Positions 12,101 to 25,286 are shown, counted from the first letter of the stretch. The stretch: 64,000 bases of DNA from Lama guanicoe (GCA_013239625.1 MU054187.1:7660358-7724357); one strand, 5' to 3'. Numbers and translations: made by a program. The notes: generated by a model from the letters alone, not told the origin.

Positions 12101-14559
12101 AAATTTTTTAAATTTAAAACACTGATCTTGAACATGCTTCCATATTCCCTTCTTTTAAAAAAATTAATCTTTAACTCTTAGGTCGCATGGAGTCAGAAAT
12201 ATAAGCTTTTTCTTCTTAACTTGGGTAATTTTTTAGCTTTCAAAAGTGAGCTCCTTTTCAAGTTGCCTTAGGGATAAAATAGCCTGTCTTTTTAATGTAT
12301 TTTATATATCTATATATGGTTTTTTTGGGTGTAATTTCCCATGAATCTTTTTATCCCTCTCAGTCTTTGCATTTTGTTAATCTTCCATCAGATGATAAAT
12401 TGCCGTCAAAGAGTAAATGATCCTAAACCTTTGTTCTAATGAACAGCCTGGATTTGTAGCTCATCAATAAATATTTGTTGATTTTATTTTATTCTGATAT
12501 TTGGATATTGTGGATAGTGTCGTTTTGATAGTAATTTATGAGTCCTCTATATAAGAGTAATCTTGCTTTTCTTTTCCAATAAGCTGCTAGGATGGTAGGT
12601 TTTTTTTTTCCCCTCTATAATCTTAGGCTGGTCCAATTTCTTAGGGCAGTTTTAGGCAACGCTGACTAACTGACTGCATCTTGAGTTGTTAATAAGGAGA
12701 AGAAACACATATTCTTCACAAGTTTGTAATTTCCAGGCAGAAAGGCACAATATGGCGACAAGACAGAAAATTCTAGTGGGTCGCTGTAGATATGGTATGC
12801 TTGTGCCAGGTTTCCAGTTGTTAATAAATTACATTCTTGGTCCTCAAGTCAGGACGCTAAGCTGACGCATCACTGTGCGTGCTCCCTTCCGTGGTCCACT
12901 CACGTGGCGGGTAAGGGCAGGCTAACTCCCCCTCCAGTGCAGGCAGCGAGACACGCTAGACAGCAGCCAGTGGTCACCAGGGCTGGTCTTTCCCCTCAGT
13001 TCCAAACATTGCGTTTCATCTATCTAGTATGGTCACACATTCATCAGCTGGCCTCAGACTAGTAGATAAAGGAGTGATGGAAACATCCCGGGGGACTCGG
13101 AGACTCGCCTCTGGTTTTGATGGGATGTTATTCTGAGGATTCGCACATTTATTGACCTTGAGGCTAGTGAGGTCAACGTGACAATGCAGTGTGTATTGAT
13201 TTGGTCCAATCCAGGAATTGCTCATTTATCGTTTATATTTATGTAAATAAAGCACGAGTCTTTCATCTTCCAATTACAACATGTTACTGAATTAATGTGA
13301 CTAAAGACGATGCTGGACTAATAATGTTAACAGGGCCTTGCTTTCTGTCACAAAGTGCAAAGGAACAATCATGTAAAATTAATATATTTCTAAGGAGGTA
13401 AATATGCATTCCAGAGCCAGTTATTATAAGCTCCTCTTCTTTTTTTTTCTCCTGTTCAAGCCAATTTCATGCTAAAATACCTTGACACAGTTTCTTTTTA
13501 TTCCTGGCATTCCCCCCTGTTCTTTGCCTGCAACTCCAAATTATATTATGTGGTAGATTTTTCTATAAATGTGAATATGATATCTTTGAGATGAACACGG
13601 CTGGCAGGAATTTAGCATCCGAAGAGTTTTGAATAGGCATGCCTGTTATTTTTATTGAAATATTTTCAGCGATCTATTTTTCTTAACACAATAATAAAAA
13701 AGACAGTGTTATGGAGTAGGAGTCACGAGTTCAAACATTTGGCAACTGAACTGCTTTTTCTTAGGTCATTGCTTTGTTGTCTAAGCTTGAAATCACATTT
13801 TGGAGGCAATACTATAGAAGACACACAGCTATGACCCAAAAGATAAATTTTTTTTTAATTGGGGGAGGGGAAAATTAAGTTTTGAAACGTGAGAAATTAT
13901 ATGATTCTTGCTCTCATTTATATAACAGAACAGCTCTTGCCACTGAAGCATAAACAAGCATGCATGCTTTATTACAATTGGTTTGATATCTTGACTTTTA
14001 ATATTGTTTGATGCAGAAATCATTTTATTGAAACATTGCAATAACAAAGGGCCTCTGGTATCTGTTTCACCTCATCACTTATCCATCCAGTATAAAAATA
14101 AATTGAGAGATGCATTCCGCAGGACAGAATTTTATGGAAAATACAGTATGGTTGATATTGTGGTCTATTTCTTAAACGTATCAAACTATACCACCACTGG
14201 GAGACATTTACTGTGGGGACAAGAGATTCATCCCTGAGCACTCCCTTTGGCTGCCAGGGAAGGGATATCCAAGAACTGACAGCAGCATAGCATTTAAGGG
14301 CATCAGTCTGGTACGAAAAATGAATATAGACGAGATGGAATCACCGGGTATTGAGCAGCGGGGAAGGAAATGATTTGTGCTGCCTGCTGATATATAAAGG
14401 TATATTATGCACAGTGAGAACAGCTTAGCTCCCTGGGCTCGGGGCTTACCACACTCTAGAACCGAAGGTACATAATGCCCAGGATAAGTTTATCTTCCAG
14501 CGTGGCCTCGGCAATTATTTGGTATTGATTTTCTGAAAGTTTGGTCTTAGGTGTCAGCA

Positions 14560-14960
14560 TTTTGTTGGCAAACTTTGCAACATAATCCAATCAAGTCGGC
14601 GCAGAGATGAGTGTGGGTACAGATAAACCATCACGAGCCGGTCCTTTGCTGTGTAGGTAGGTAGCCCCCCCCCCCTCGTGTTAAGTATGCTCGTGCACCT
14701 GCGCGGTCTCCCCGGGGGAGCTGTAACCTGGGGGAATCCCTGTGCCTTGTTGTGGCTCCCCTCCCCATTGTGCACTTTTGACCTCCGTATTGATTCTGTC
14801 CTCTCATCAAAGGCGCTGATGTCATTCCGTGCGCCCGCATCACGCAGCATTTGCATTTAAGAGCTGCAACTGTGCGCTGACCCCAAACCATTTCATCAGA
14901 ATGAAAGTAGACCAAATGGCAGATGCGTTTCCCCATAATATTAAAATCTATTGTGCCATT
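14560..14960. promoter_or_regulatory. Candidate enhancer (SOX, TCF/LEF and octamer motif cluster)
   Basis: No recognisable repeat and CpGs retained. CATTGT 14766, ATCAAAG 14806, ATTTGCAT 14849. Function is inferred only. Confidence 0.4.
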
Positions 14961-15524
14961 TGTTAAGTTTCTTTATCACCGAGAGAAAGGGCATACACCA
15001 CCCACTTCAGATTTTGATTTAATTCCGACTAGAAACTGGGAAATTCTTTAAAACAGAGCAGAGAGCAAAAGGGATTCTTGCTGATTTCCAAATTCAGGCC
15101 AATAAATGGTTTGCTGAAGCCTAGTACAAAGTGGTAAAACTATCTGAATGTATTTTCAGAAATTCTAGCCCTTTAAATAATTTTTCTAGTTTTTTTCAGT
15201 GTTTTATCACTAATGCATCCCCATTGTGAAGCCTATTCATTGACTATCTACCTAAATCTACAAAGTAGAAATGACAGTTAATAATTGTCTGAGGAAAATA
15301 GAAGATATTTCATTTCAAAAACCCAATGCAATCTAAGAATCCACTGTTAAATTATTTTGTTTCTCCTCCCCCTCCCCCTCCTCTCCTTCCCCCTCCTTCT
15401 TCAAGTAGGATGGAGAATGGGGAGGCCACTTCTGAAGCATAACTACTTAAAGAGAACTTCACTGGAAAGCAATGTCAGTTGACAATTCCCTGCACTGTAT
15501 CCTGCTTTCTTATCTCCCCTTTAG

Positions 15525-15680
15525 ATTCTATTCATTCTCATTTATTAATTTCAATCAGCAAATGTTTACTGAGCACTTACGTATAGGTGCTAGGAATTCA
15601 GTGATGAGAAAACGAGATATGGTCCCTCATGGAACTGATAGTCCAAGTGGAGAGATAGTCAACAAATAATTATATAGGAA
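15525..15680 (-). mobile_element. L2 3' end
   Basis: cagcaaatgtttactgagcacttac...ggtgctaggaattcagtgatga...tggtccctcatggaact. Confidence 0.8.
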
Positions 15681-16459
15681 TGAATCTGACAAAGACAGAA
15701 AAGCTTATGTTAATAGCTGAGAGTAGAAATTATTCTATGAAGGGAATTCTGATTACTTGGTAAAATACTGAAAAGAGCTTGGTTTGGGGGGGCGTTGAAG
15801 ATACCTTGAAGCTGCTGTGTCTGGATGGAACCATTCCGAGGGAACCAAGGGAAGGATGTTCAGTTGTCCTATTTGAGGGAGGGGAATAAACTTAGTCAAG
15901 GTAGAACTGAAAAAGGGGAAGAAAGCTGAATGTTGTGAGGTGCTCTGCAAACCTCTAACCTTGTGAAAAGCCTGATACAATGGATCATCTGTGGAAAAAT
16001 TGTTAAAACAAAAAAAAACTGCCCTCTTTGCCCCGAGCGGTGAGAGATTCAGTCGAGGTGGCACAGAGGGACAGAACGACTGTGGTCTGTTAAATACTCT
16101 GAGAGTAGCAGAAGGTATGAGGAATACTCTGGATTCTTACAAGCTGGGAACTTGGAGGCTCAAGCCAATAGTCCATAATTTATTTTCGAAAAAGAGTATT
16201 CAGTAAGTGTGGTGAAGGTAGATTATAGAAGCTAGGAAAGAGGTTCTAGGCTAGCCTGGGTTGTGAGGGGTGAAAGATAAGACTGCCTGTTTTTTTTCAG
16301 ATCTCCAGGACACTGGATTTCATTCCAAAAAGTTGCATCTCTCTATGAGAAAACAATTACAAGCATATCTGACTTTACAAAGGTGTTCACTTTCATCTTG
16401 CCACTTTATTACATTCTCTTTTTCAGGAGTAAATTTAGGAAATACGGGAGAATAATTTA

Positions 16460-16650
16460 AGTTTCATAGTACATTTACAGTTCATATTGTGCATGAATGA
16501 AAATTATTGTAATCAACCTTTAAAGTAATCCTATAAAAAAGTAAGGCTGAGAGCCCTGACATCTAGCCAGTGACTCTGGAAAGGTAGGGCGAGGGGAAGG
16601 CGGAGCTTGAGTCCAGGTCCTGTTCCCATAAACTCTGTGCTCTGTCCACT
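16460..16650 (-). mobile_element. Degraded MIR
   Basis: aggctgagag...cttgagtccaggtc...tgtgctctgtccact. Confidence 0.5.
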
Positions 16651-17339
16651 AACTTTGAAATCTAATATTTGAAGTTACAAAAGCATTCACAGGGTTTTTC
16701 TTTCCATAGTCATATATTCGGAAAAATATAAGAAGGTGCTCAATTTTTAAAAATTAAAAAAAAAAACACATTTTATTCAGACTTCCAGGAATGTCTGTAC
16801 TGAATATATTGAGGTAACTTCTAGAGACACCTTCTTCTTGTGGCCGCTGGAGAGTTGAGAGAGGGGTTTCAGAGCACTGCCCCATATGCTTCTCATTGGT
16901 CTGGCAGCAGCAAGAGATGGGCTGGATTTGGAGAGGGGCCGGGGGGTGGGTCGCTCTCTAATTTCTTAGCTTTAGAAGCCAGGCTAAAAATAGCAGCATT
17001 CTGAGGAAAAGTGACAATGGCCCTGCCCCTGAGACAGGTCCTATAGAGGAATATTGCGATGTAAACAGTAATTGTTGACTTTTGTCCTGGAGGAGAGTGG
17101 GTTAGAGAGCCTTTGACGAATCTCCTGTCTCATCTGTCACATTCCTGTGGTTATTATTTCACGGCGCCGGCTCAGTTCTATGAATCATAATTGACAACAT
17201 GATTGTACTTATTAATCATTATTTAAATCAACTATTAGATAACAGATAATTGAGTGGACTGCCCTATGTGTAAGCAGAGGATGCCGATTAGCCAAATTTA
17301 TGACCTGTGCATTGCTCATCTATTGTCATTTATTCTCTG

Positions 17340-17545
17340 TAGTTTGGTGAGGGGACAAGTCACTGAACTTGGATTCTAAAGCTCAGGGGGTAAAACACAG
17401 CAGCACCATTTTATCAAAGGTCTGACCCCCCCCCCCAGGTAAGATATTGACACTTTCTAGGCTTCAGGGTCATCATCAGTAAAATGGGGTTAATGATACT
17501 TAACTTAATAAATACTTTTCAGGAGGAAATTAGACTGCAAATATG
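17340..17545 (+). mobile_element. MIR SINE
   Basis: Core ggcttcagggtcatcatcagtaaaatggggttaatgatac. Confidence 0.7.
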
Positions 17546-18016
17546 AATTAAACCAATCCAGGGATTTGGGGCCTTTTTGGCTTATTCACTTGAGAGATGA
17601 ACAGACCAAGTTAGGGTGCTGTCAGTGGCCAGGGAACAGGACAGATGGAGACAGATCATAAAATAATGTAATCAGCTCCTCCTGTTAGCATCCAGATATT
17701 TGGACCTAGATCCCCAGGTGAAGGTCACCTGCACGTGTGCAGATGTCATGGTCCTTTCTTCATCTGTGAACTTTCATACTGCACTTGATTACATTCTGTT
17801 TTGCAGAAATGAAAGGAGGAACCTATGATTTCAGGTCTCAGGTCTTAATTTATCATTATGCCATGGGTCCCTAATCTTCCTGTCCATTAAATCCACCCAG
17901 AATGTTCTTCAGAAAATCAAAGTCCATGAGTACAGCTTTGCGTGTGAGGTGAGGGAGCAAAATGAAGCTGCTTCATAAGAGTCGGAAGTACTTGCTAGAA
18001 AAAAGTGGATGTTTTT

Positions 18017-18134
18017 GTGGCTTGGCCATTGTAAGTAGGGCTGCTCTGAACATTGGTGGGGGGCATGTGTCTTTCTGAATTAGAGCTTCCTCTGGATATA
18101 TGTCCAGGAATGGGATTGCTGGATTGAAAAAAAC
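18017..18134 (-). mobile_element. Inverted L1 ORF2-end fragment plus short plus-strand A-tract, flanked by a target-site duplication
   Basis: cttggccattgtaagtagggctgctctgaacattgg...ggatatatgtccaggaatgggattgctggat is antisense L1. Direct repeat aaagtgg(a/t)tgttttt at 18002-18016 and 18135-18149. Confidence 0.85.
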
Positions 18135-20240
18135 AAAGTGGTTGTTTTTATTCAGAAGCATAGGTCTCAGCTCTTCTCCCCGGGAACCCTCCAGGATACT
18201 TGAGAGCTCCTCACGCGACATGGAAACCAGGTGTGTTTATTCATTATTTCCAATGAGGATAACTCCAAGGCAATGTTAACTGGTGCTCCGCATCGGACTG
18301 CCTCATCTCAGACGCTGACTGTAGCCAGTAACACTAGTGATGGGGTATAAGCAGTTTGGAGATTGGAATGAAAAACGTTTAGGCCAAGAAAGATGGGCCT
18401 TTTTGGAGTGTGCATGATCTTACTTTAGTATCTCTTTGTACAAGCTAATTGGTTTTATTTTCAGGTTAGAATCCCTTGCATGTTGACCGTCATCTGTCTT
18501 TCTTAGATGCATGGACAGGAAAGAGAAAATGTTCTTAATATTATTTTCTACGTTGAAAAACATGTACCTTTGACAGCCAGGTGCCTGATGAGTACATCCC
18601 GATGTGGCTGCTAAGAATTACAGGCTGTTGTCTATTTAAACGAGTTCAAAAGGGTAGAAGACATACAAAAGATTATGGCTTTTTTCCAAAATTAAAATCT
18701 TTCAGATGATTTTTTTCGTGAGTAAAACCATTAGGAGGCAAATGGAGCATTTAAAATGGTATGTGGTTATTGCAACATGTGACCTGCCCTGGTTTAGGGT
18801 GTCAAAACCTCATTGGCCAGGGTCTCTCTTACGAATTGTGAACTTGAACATATGCTGTGATTAATTTTTGAGACTAAAAATATATATATATATGAGTATA
18901 AGGTAAGATAAGAATGTTATTTCCCTTGCTTCAGTAACAGATTGGCTTTGCCTTTGAAAATGTGAGTGGTTACCATTTAGTATTTCCAAAGCATATTTAA
19001 AAAAATTCCACAGGGCCACGGAATCATCTCTTTGGTTAGAGGAGTCAGAAAGGAAGCCGGTGATACACTGTAGTGCTGTTTCCATGTTGCAGGTGTGGGA
19101 AGTGTGACTCATAGATGGAGAGAGGGCAGTTGTGCTATGGGGGCCAAAAAGGTGACCAGCCAGGGCACCTGCCAGGGGGGGTCTTCAGTACGGGGTGGGG
19201 CACAGGCTGGGAGTGTGGAAAGCCTCCTGCCCCTCCCCCATAGTACTCTGAGCCTTCGTGGCACCGTGAACATCTGGCTCTTACTTCCCAGCTATTGAAA
19301 CAGCCCAACTCCGTGGTCACCTGAGAAGACGTTAGCATCATTCATCCAGCTGTATCCGGCACCCCTTAGCCCCACCCTGGCTGAATTTTTCAAATGATAC
19401 AAAGGATACATTAGATAGAAACATTCTGACCGCATCAAATGTTACCAGTAAGTATTTCCCCCCCAGGTGGACTAACCACGTCCACAAAGCCTATACCCCT
19501 GTCCTGTGCTGCATTTTGGACATATTCATAAATGGTGATTTTTCTCCGGGTTGGTTTCTGCTACATCAACGTATAGAGAAGCTGAACATTTTAACCCTTC
19601 CATAGTGACAGGTGATGTGTCTGATTGCTGGCTGAGGGTGATTTGGAATATTGATGCTTCAGAAAAAGAGCTCCATTGAACAGATGATCTGCACAGCTCA
19701 CAAACTACACAAAGAGCATTTGATATAAATAAAGTGTCAACTGGGTTGCTGCAGCTTTGTGCAGAATCATTTTCAAATTTTCCTTTTTGAATTATTAAAT
19801 AGACCATGTCAGAACAACTCTGATTATTATCCAATCCATATGCTTCAACACCAACCTTTTATGTAATATCAAGCGACTGCAGTGATCAATTGGACCAATC
19901 ATGAATGCTCCCTCATTCTGGAAAGGATTCAAGCCCTCCGCAGCACCGCAGCATCTTATGCAGATATGCAAACACCCACCGGATTGCTTACAGAGGCGGC
20001 CACGGCAGGATCTGCCCTGAGGACTGTGTGCAGGCTGTGAAAATATATTTAGTTCCTTATCAAGAGCTTTAAGCATAAGCCCATCTTTTTGCAATTTTAA
20101 GCCTACTCAGGTGAGTTAGGGATAGCACTGTTACCCAGCTATACCTCTAGCCAGCAGAATGATGGCTCTAACCTATATTGTAAATAAAATGTGTTAGTGC
20201 ATAGTTTTTGAAAACTCTTGTGTGAAAATACAAAATGCTG

Positions 20241-20282
20241 TCTTTGTTTTTGTTTTTGTTTTTGTTTTTGTTTTTGTTTTTT
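20241..20282. repeat. (TTTTTG)n repeat
   Basis: Directly visible. Confidence 0.95.
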
Positions 20283-21760
20283 AACAAATACAGTACCTCC
20301 TGGAAGCTGAGACGGTGGTACGCAGGCACGTGGCTACGTGTAATTTATAAAATGTGATAAAATGATCATCTCTCACCTACACTAATACAGTTTATCTAGA
20401 TAAATAACTCAGAATGAATACGGTGGATGCCTTTAGGGTTTTAGGCATTTAATTAAAATGGAACAAAAATATTAACTGTCTGCTTGGGGATTTTAGCATC
20501 CTCTTTTGACAAGGATATTCTTTAGTCTGAGAACAGATTTGTGACATTCACTGGGCACAGATGTGAGGTGGTGTTTTTCTAGTCCTCCTGAAAAAGAGGC
20601 AAAAACACATGGTATAGAAATCTGAAGATGAAATGGTTTCCTGAGAACGCCTCTGTTCCCCACCACAGCTCCCTCCCAGGGCCTGGGACGGAGGGCAGGG
20701 TTCAGGGGTTCCTCTGATAATTGCGGGTGGTTGCAGGGAACACTGTTTCTCTGGCACGTTCGCCATCGCCCTGGTGTGTTGCCATCACTCACAGTGACTG
20801 CTGAAGCAGAGGGCTTTCTTCTTCTTGACTGTGTGTGATTTTGATGTTGGACGCAGGGAGGCAGGGCGAAGCAGTGGCAGGGACCAAGCCTCTGGAAGAC
20901 GAGCCAGTCCAGGCCTTGCAGCAGACTGCTTTCCAGGATGCAGGGGTTGCAGGAGGAGTGCTGCCGCCCACTTAACCCTAAAAATACATCCCGGGCTGCA
21001 GCGCGGGAGACGTATTCAATCCCGCCTCCCTGTAATGGTGCCGTTGTCGACTGAAAATTGAGCTGGGTTTTCTTTGAATCAGTTTTTCTAGGAAAACATT
21101 GGTTGCCTTCCTGTGACAAACTCTGCGTCTTTAAATCCATAGATGGTACATTGCATAAACATATCATGTCTATTTCTTTTGTTTTTGTTTTTATTTGTTT
21201 TGGTTTTTTTTTTTGCTTTATTTTATAGGATTTGGGATACAAAGAAAGAAGAGCTTTGTATGGTAATGTAGTCCTGCCCTATCGGTGAACAAATTAATCT
21301 CGATATTTGTCCACAGGTTTAATAACAGATGACATGCTGACAAAGCATGAAATTATTACTATAAATGAACATGGCATGATATTTCTATTTTTTTCTTACA
21401 GAGCAGATTCCATGTTCGTGTACTTGGATTAATGGCTCCATTGCGTGTGCATAGATTTTTCAGCACTCTTGAGAGAGATCAGAAATTGTCTAAAAACTTG
21501 AGGAAAAAATGACGAATAAGGAGTTAAATTTTTCCAAATCATTTTTAGTTCTTGTTTGGAATATTCATTTCTTTCCCCTGTGATTTCATGTTTGAATCTG
21601 GAAAATGGGCTAATTCTTAAGAAAAGAGCTATGGTGATGGGACTTAATCAGTACACTTTGTGGAATAATCTGATGGGTCTGGAACAAAGATGCCATTCAA
21701 ATGGGCAAACGTGAGATGCTGTGTTGATAACAGATAACAAACCAAAGACAGAGGTCAGAA

Positions 21761-21793
<33 letters not shown>

Positions 21794-21805
21794 AGTGTGT
21801 GTGTC
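21761..21805. repeat. (GT)n microsatellite, interrupted
   Basis: Directly visible. Confidence 0.95.
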
Positions 21806-24800
21806 TCCTTTCTCATCATACCTGGAGACTCATACAACAGTGATAATAAAAATCAAAATAGAACCCTTGTAATTACAGGTGGGAAAGAAATTTAGGCAGT
21901 GAATTGTTAATAATTCAAGTTAATAAAGCACATTGTTTGGTTTCTTCTTCCAGGTACCTTTTAGCCATCCTTGCTGGCAAACACTAGTCCTTAAAGGTGT
22001 TTTTCAACATTTCAAAATCATTGTCCAGGAGAAGAAAAGAGAGTGGGGTTACTGTTCTGTGTATTCTCCTTGTGGGCAATGGAGATAAGCTCTTAAGATT
22101 CCATAGTCTTTTAGCCTCCCTCCCCTCCCCCTTCATTTGATCACATTATTCACACAAAGAACCAATGAGCCGTTGTGCCATTACCTTAAAATCCTATATT
22201 AATGAGACAGCTACAGTTTTTAATCATTTGAGTTAAGCCTTGAATATTCTGTTTGCTAATATCATGCATCCATTTAGGACGAGAGCAAGCGCTTTATTAT
22301 AATATTTTATTTGCAAATAGTGAATGCAATTCCAATGTTCTCTTTGTGAAGTTGTCCAACAGTCTGAAGAAAGCATTTTATTCTTAAGGAGTTAATTTTA
22401 TCTCTAGAAGCATGGGTTAAAAAGAAGGAAAAAAACCCCAAAGTGTCCTGGACAGTCAGCTAGAGATATAAGAGATATAAGGACAGTCAGCTAGGGATAT
22501 GGCACTTTGCTCGTCTTGCAAAATGTTTAGGTGGAAATAAATATATACACTAATTGTGGGTCACACCAAACTTTGTCATTTAATAAAAATTGAAAGCATT
22601 TAAGATAGCACTTAAAGGGACCTAAACAACTTATGCTTCACGTCTTCTGGAGATGTAATTGTGAATAAAGGGAAGATTTGGGGGTTTTGTTTTTGCTTAA
22701 TCTTTCATCATGGTAAATTTGCTTCTGTTTATTAAAATGGCTTAGAAAAGCACTTTAAATAAAGATTGAATAGCACCATAATTTAACTTTTTTTTTTCTT
22801 TTTGTTAATAACTGTTCTTTAACTTAAAACATGGCATCCAGGCCTTCTTGATACCACGAACCACATAAATGAGAAAATGGTTTCACCTTTAAAAGTTTCT
22901 GTATAATAAATAAATAATAAAATGAAATAAAATAAAAACTGAAAAAAAATTTCCCACATAAAAGGGCAGTAGCATATTTAACCTCTTGAAAATTACCAAG
23001 CATATTGTCTGTGTACTATTTTTTAAATGACTTTTTAAAATAATTTTTAAATTTTTTAATGATGAAAAATCTAATATTTGTTGGGATGTTACTCAAGAAA
23101 GTGCTTAAACTACCGAATTCTGAATGCCTTGTAACTAAAGCAGAAGTTAAGCTGCAGCATATTAACTCTCAGCAAGAGGAAAAGTGTTTTAAAATGCAGT
23201 TTGGTACCGTTTCCCTAATGCCAATTCCATTCACAAAGGAAAACCATGAGCAAAATTTAGCAAACGTTAAAGAGAATTTACGTAAGTGGAGTTTTAACGG
23301 CCAATAAAAAGTACCAGACGCTTCAATAGATTATCACATCCATGTCACTGAACATCTACTTAGAAAACAAACATGAGAACACACAGGGAATTTTCCTTGA
23401 CTTGTGTTTCTCACATCTCAGCAGCTGCTTAATCTTTCATCTAAAAATTTTTTTTTCAGCGTTCACACTGGAGCCGCGGCACTGGCATTTTTAAGAATTT
23501 TGGGGTCCGTCTGAAGCTGAGTTGCGGTATTGGGGTGAAGTGGTTCTTCAGTTTTGCAGAGGAAGAAAGCAATTTTTATCCACCTGAGATCATAGACAAC
23601 ACAGACCCGAGGTGCTTGGAGCACAGGCTCCCCAAACGGCTCTTTGCTTTAAAAGTCGGCTCATCTTCCCAGTGTATCTAACGCGGGATGTAAGGCTGCC
23701 CCCTCCCCTCTCTTGTCCTGTTCTGCCCCCTTGGCCTCATCCAGACACCCTCTTACTTGAAACCCTTGGATCCACTTCTTTTTTCGTATCATAATGATGA
23801 TTTCTGCATAAATGATCAGTCAGTCCACCAAGCATTTGATCCTATTAACTGATCAGGGCTGCCCAAACCAAGAAATCTTGCTAAGCTCTCTCTGACGCGT
23901 TCTTCCGTAGACCCAAATATATTCTTCCCAAAGCAATTATTAGACACTTTCTTTTGGTTACTGATTTAATTCTTTTATGTTTTTAGCAACAGAATCTAAG
24001 CAGCCTGATTGGAATTTCAAATGATGATCACACTGAATTTGAAAGTCTGTCTTACACAGAATGTAACATTTTTCTTATATTTTAACCAAGCAGAGGCAAG
24101 GAGAAGGTCCTTTTTATCTTTTTTCTAGCTTAATGAATGTTTGGTATTATTAATTCAAACAGAAGAAAGACTATTCCATGTCTTTGGCTCTTCCATAAGA
24201 TTTTTCAGTCTTTTGTTAAGGTATCAATTGCTCCCAGTTGGATATTGGCATTGGATATTGGTTAACACCAGTATTAAATGCAATATTAAATACACCAGTT
24301 TTCCTCGCTTTCTGATCTGGTTTATTCTTAAGGAGTATGAAATCTATATTAGCCCTTGCCAGAGCACGCAAAAGCTGGTTTGTTAGAGAGTAAGAAATTG
24401 CACCAGTTTAAAATTTATGTATTTATGTATTTATTTATTTTTTATTTACAAATGAGAAAATAAGTTTGAGTTATCGCCTGGTTCCTGCTGCCTGTTTGCT
24501 TACACTCAGTTTTCCTTTTTTTCACACACGAGGAAGCAAACATCGTCCCTGTCAAATGACAAATGGGGCAGGATTGGTGACGTGTATGTTTGTCAACATG
24601 AGCAAGATCAAATGATTGCTCAGCAGGAGGAAGCCACAGGAAAGCCAATGATTTTTGACTAATTAGCAAAATAATAATAATGTCTCCTCATGGTTACCTT
24701 GTACTGGGTGGTGGCCTTTTCACAGACAGTTTTCACCAGTGCAAACTAGTGTTTTGAGGACACGCTGGTGACTTCACTTGAAATCATGGCCATGGAGCAT

Positions 24801-25036
24801 TTCTGAGAAATCATTGGAAGCATCCGTCCTGTAAGGCTTACATAACTGAGACTGAGGACTAGGCCATAGTTCTTGCTTCGTGTTGTCCTGTAACCAATGC
24901 ACTTTTTAAGTACTACTTTACAAAAAAAGCAGTGCGTGTTTTTCAGTATCATTTCAAGTTCAAGTTCATGCTAGTTCATGTTCAGGAAGTTTTACCAAAG
25001 GTGTTCAAGAGGAGGAGCTTGATTGAAAATAAGGAT

Positions 25037-25286
25037 ATACAGGGGAGGGATAAATTAGGAGCCTGGGATTAGCAGATACACACTCTTACACATAAAGTAG
25101 CTAAACAACAAGGACTCCTACTGTAGAGCACAGGGAACTATATTTAATTTCTTGTAATAATATATAATGGAAAAAAATCTGAAAAAATATATATGTATAT
25201 GTATAACTGAATTACTTTGCTGTACACCTGAAACTAACATTGTAAATCACCTACACTCCAATAAAAAACAAAATTAAAAAAAGATA
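25037..25286 (+). mobile_element. 5'-truncated cetartiodactyl-type L1 3' end
   Basis: ggagggataaattaggag...gtagagcacagggaactata...tgtacacctgaaactaac then an A-rich tail. Target-site duplication gaaaataag(g/a)at at 25025-25036 and 25287-25298. Confidence 0.92.

Noticed and set aside
20493..21242. Longest ORF (249 aa, minus strand)
   Set aside because: It starts at a non-ATG codon in a low-complexity A/T tract and has no recognisable domain. It is consistent with a chance open frame in GC-rich sequence.
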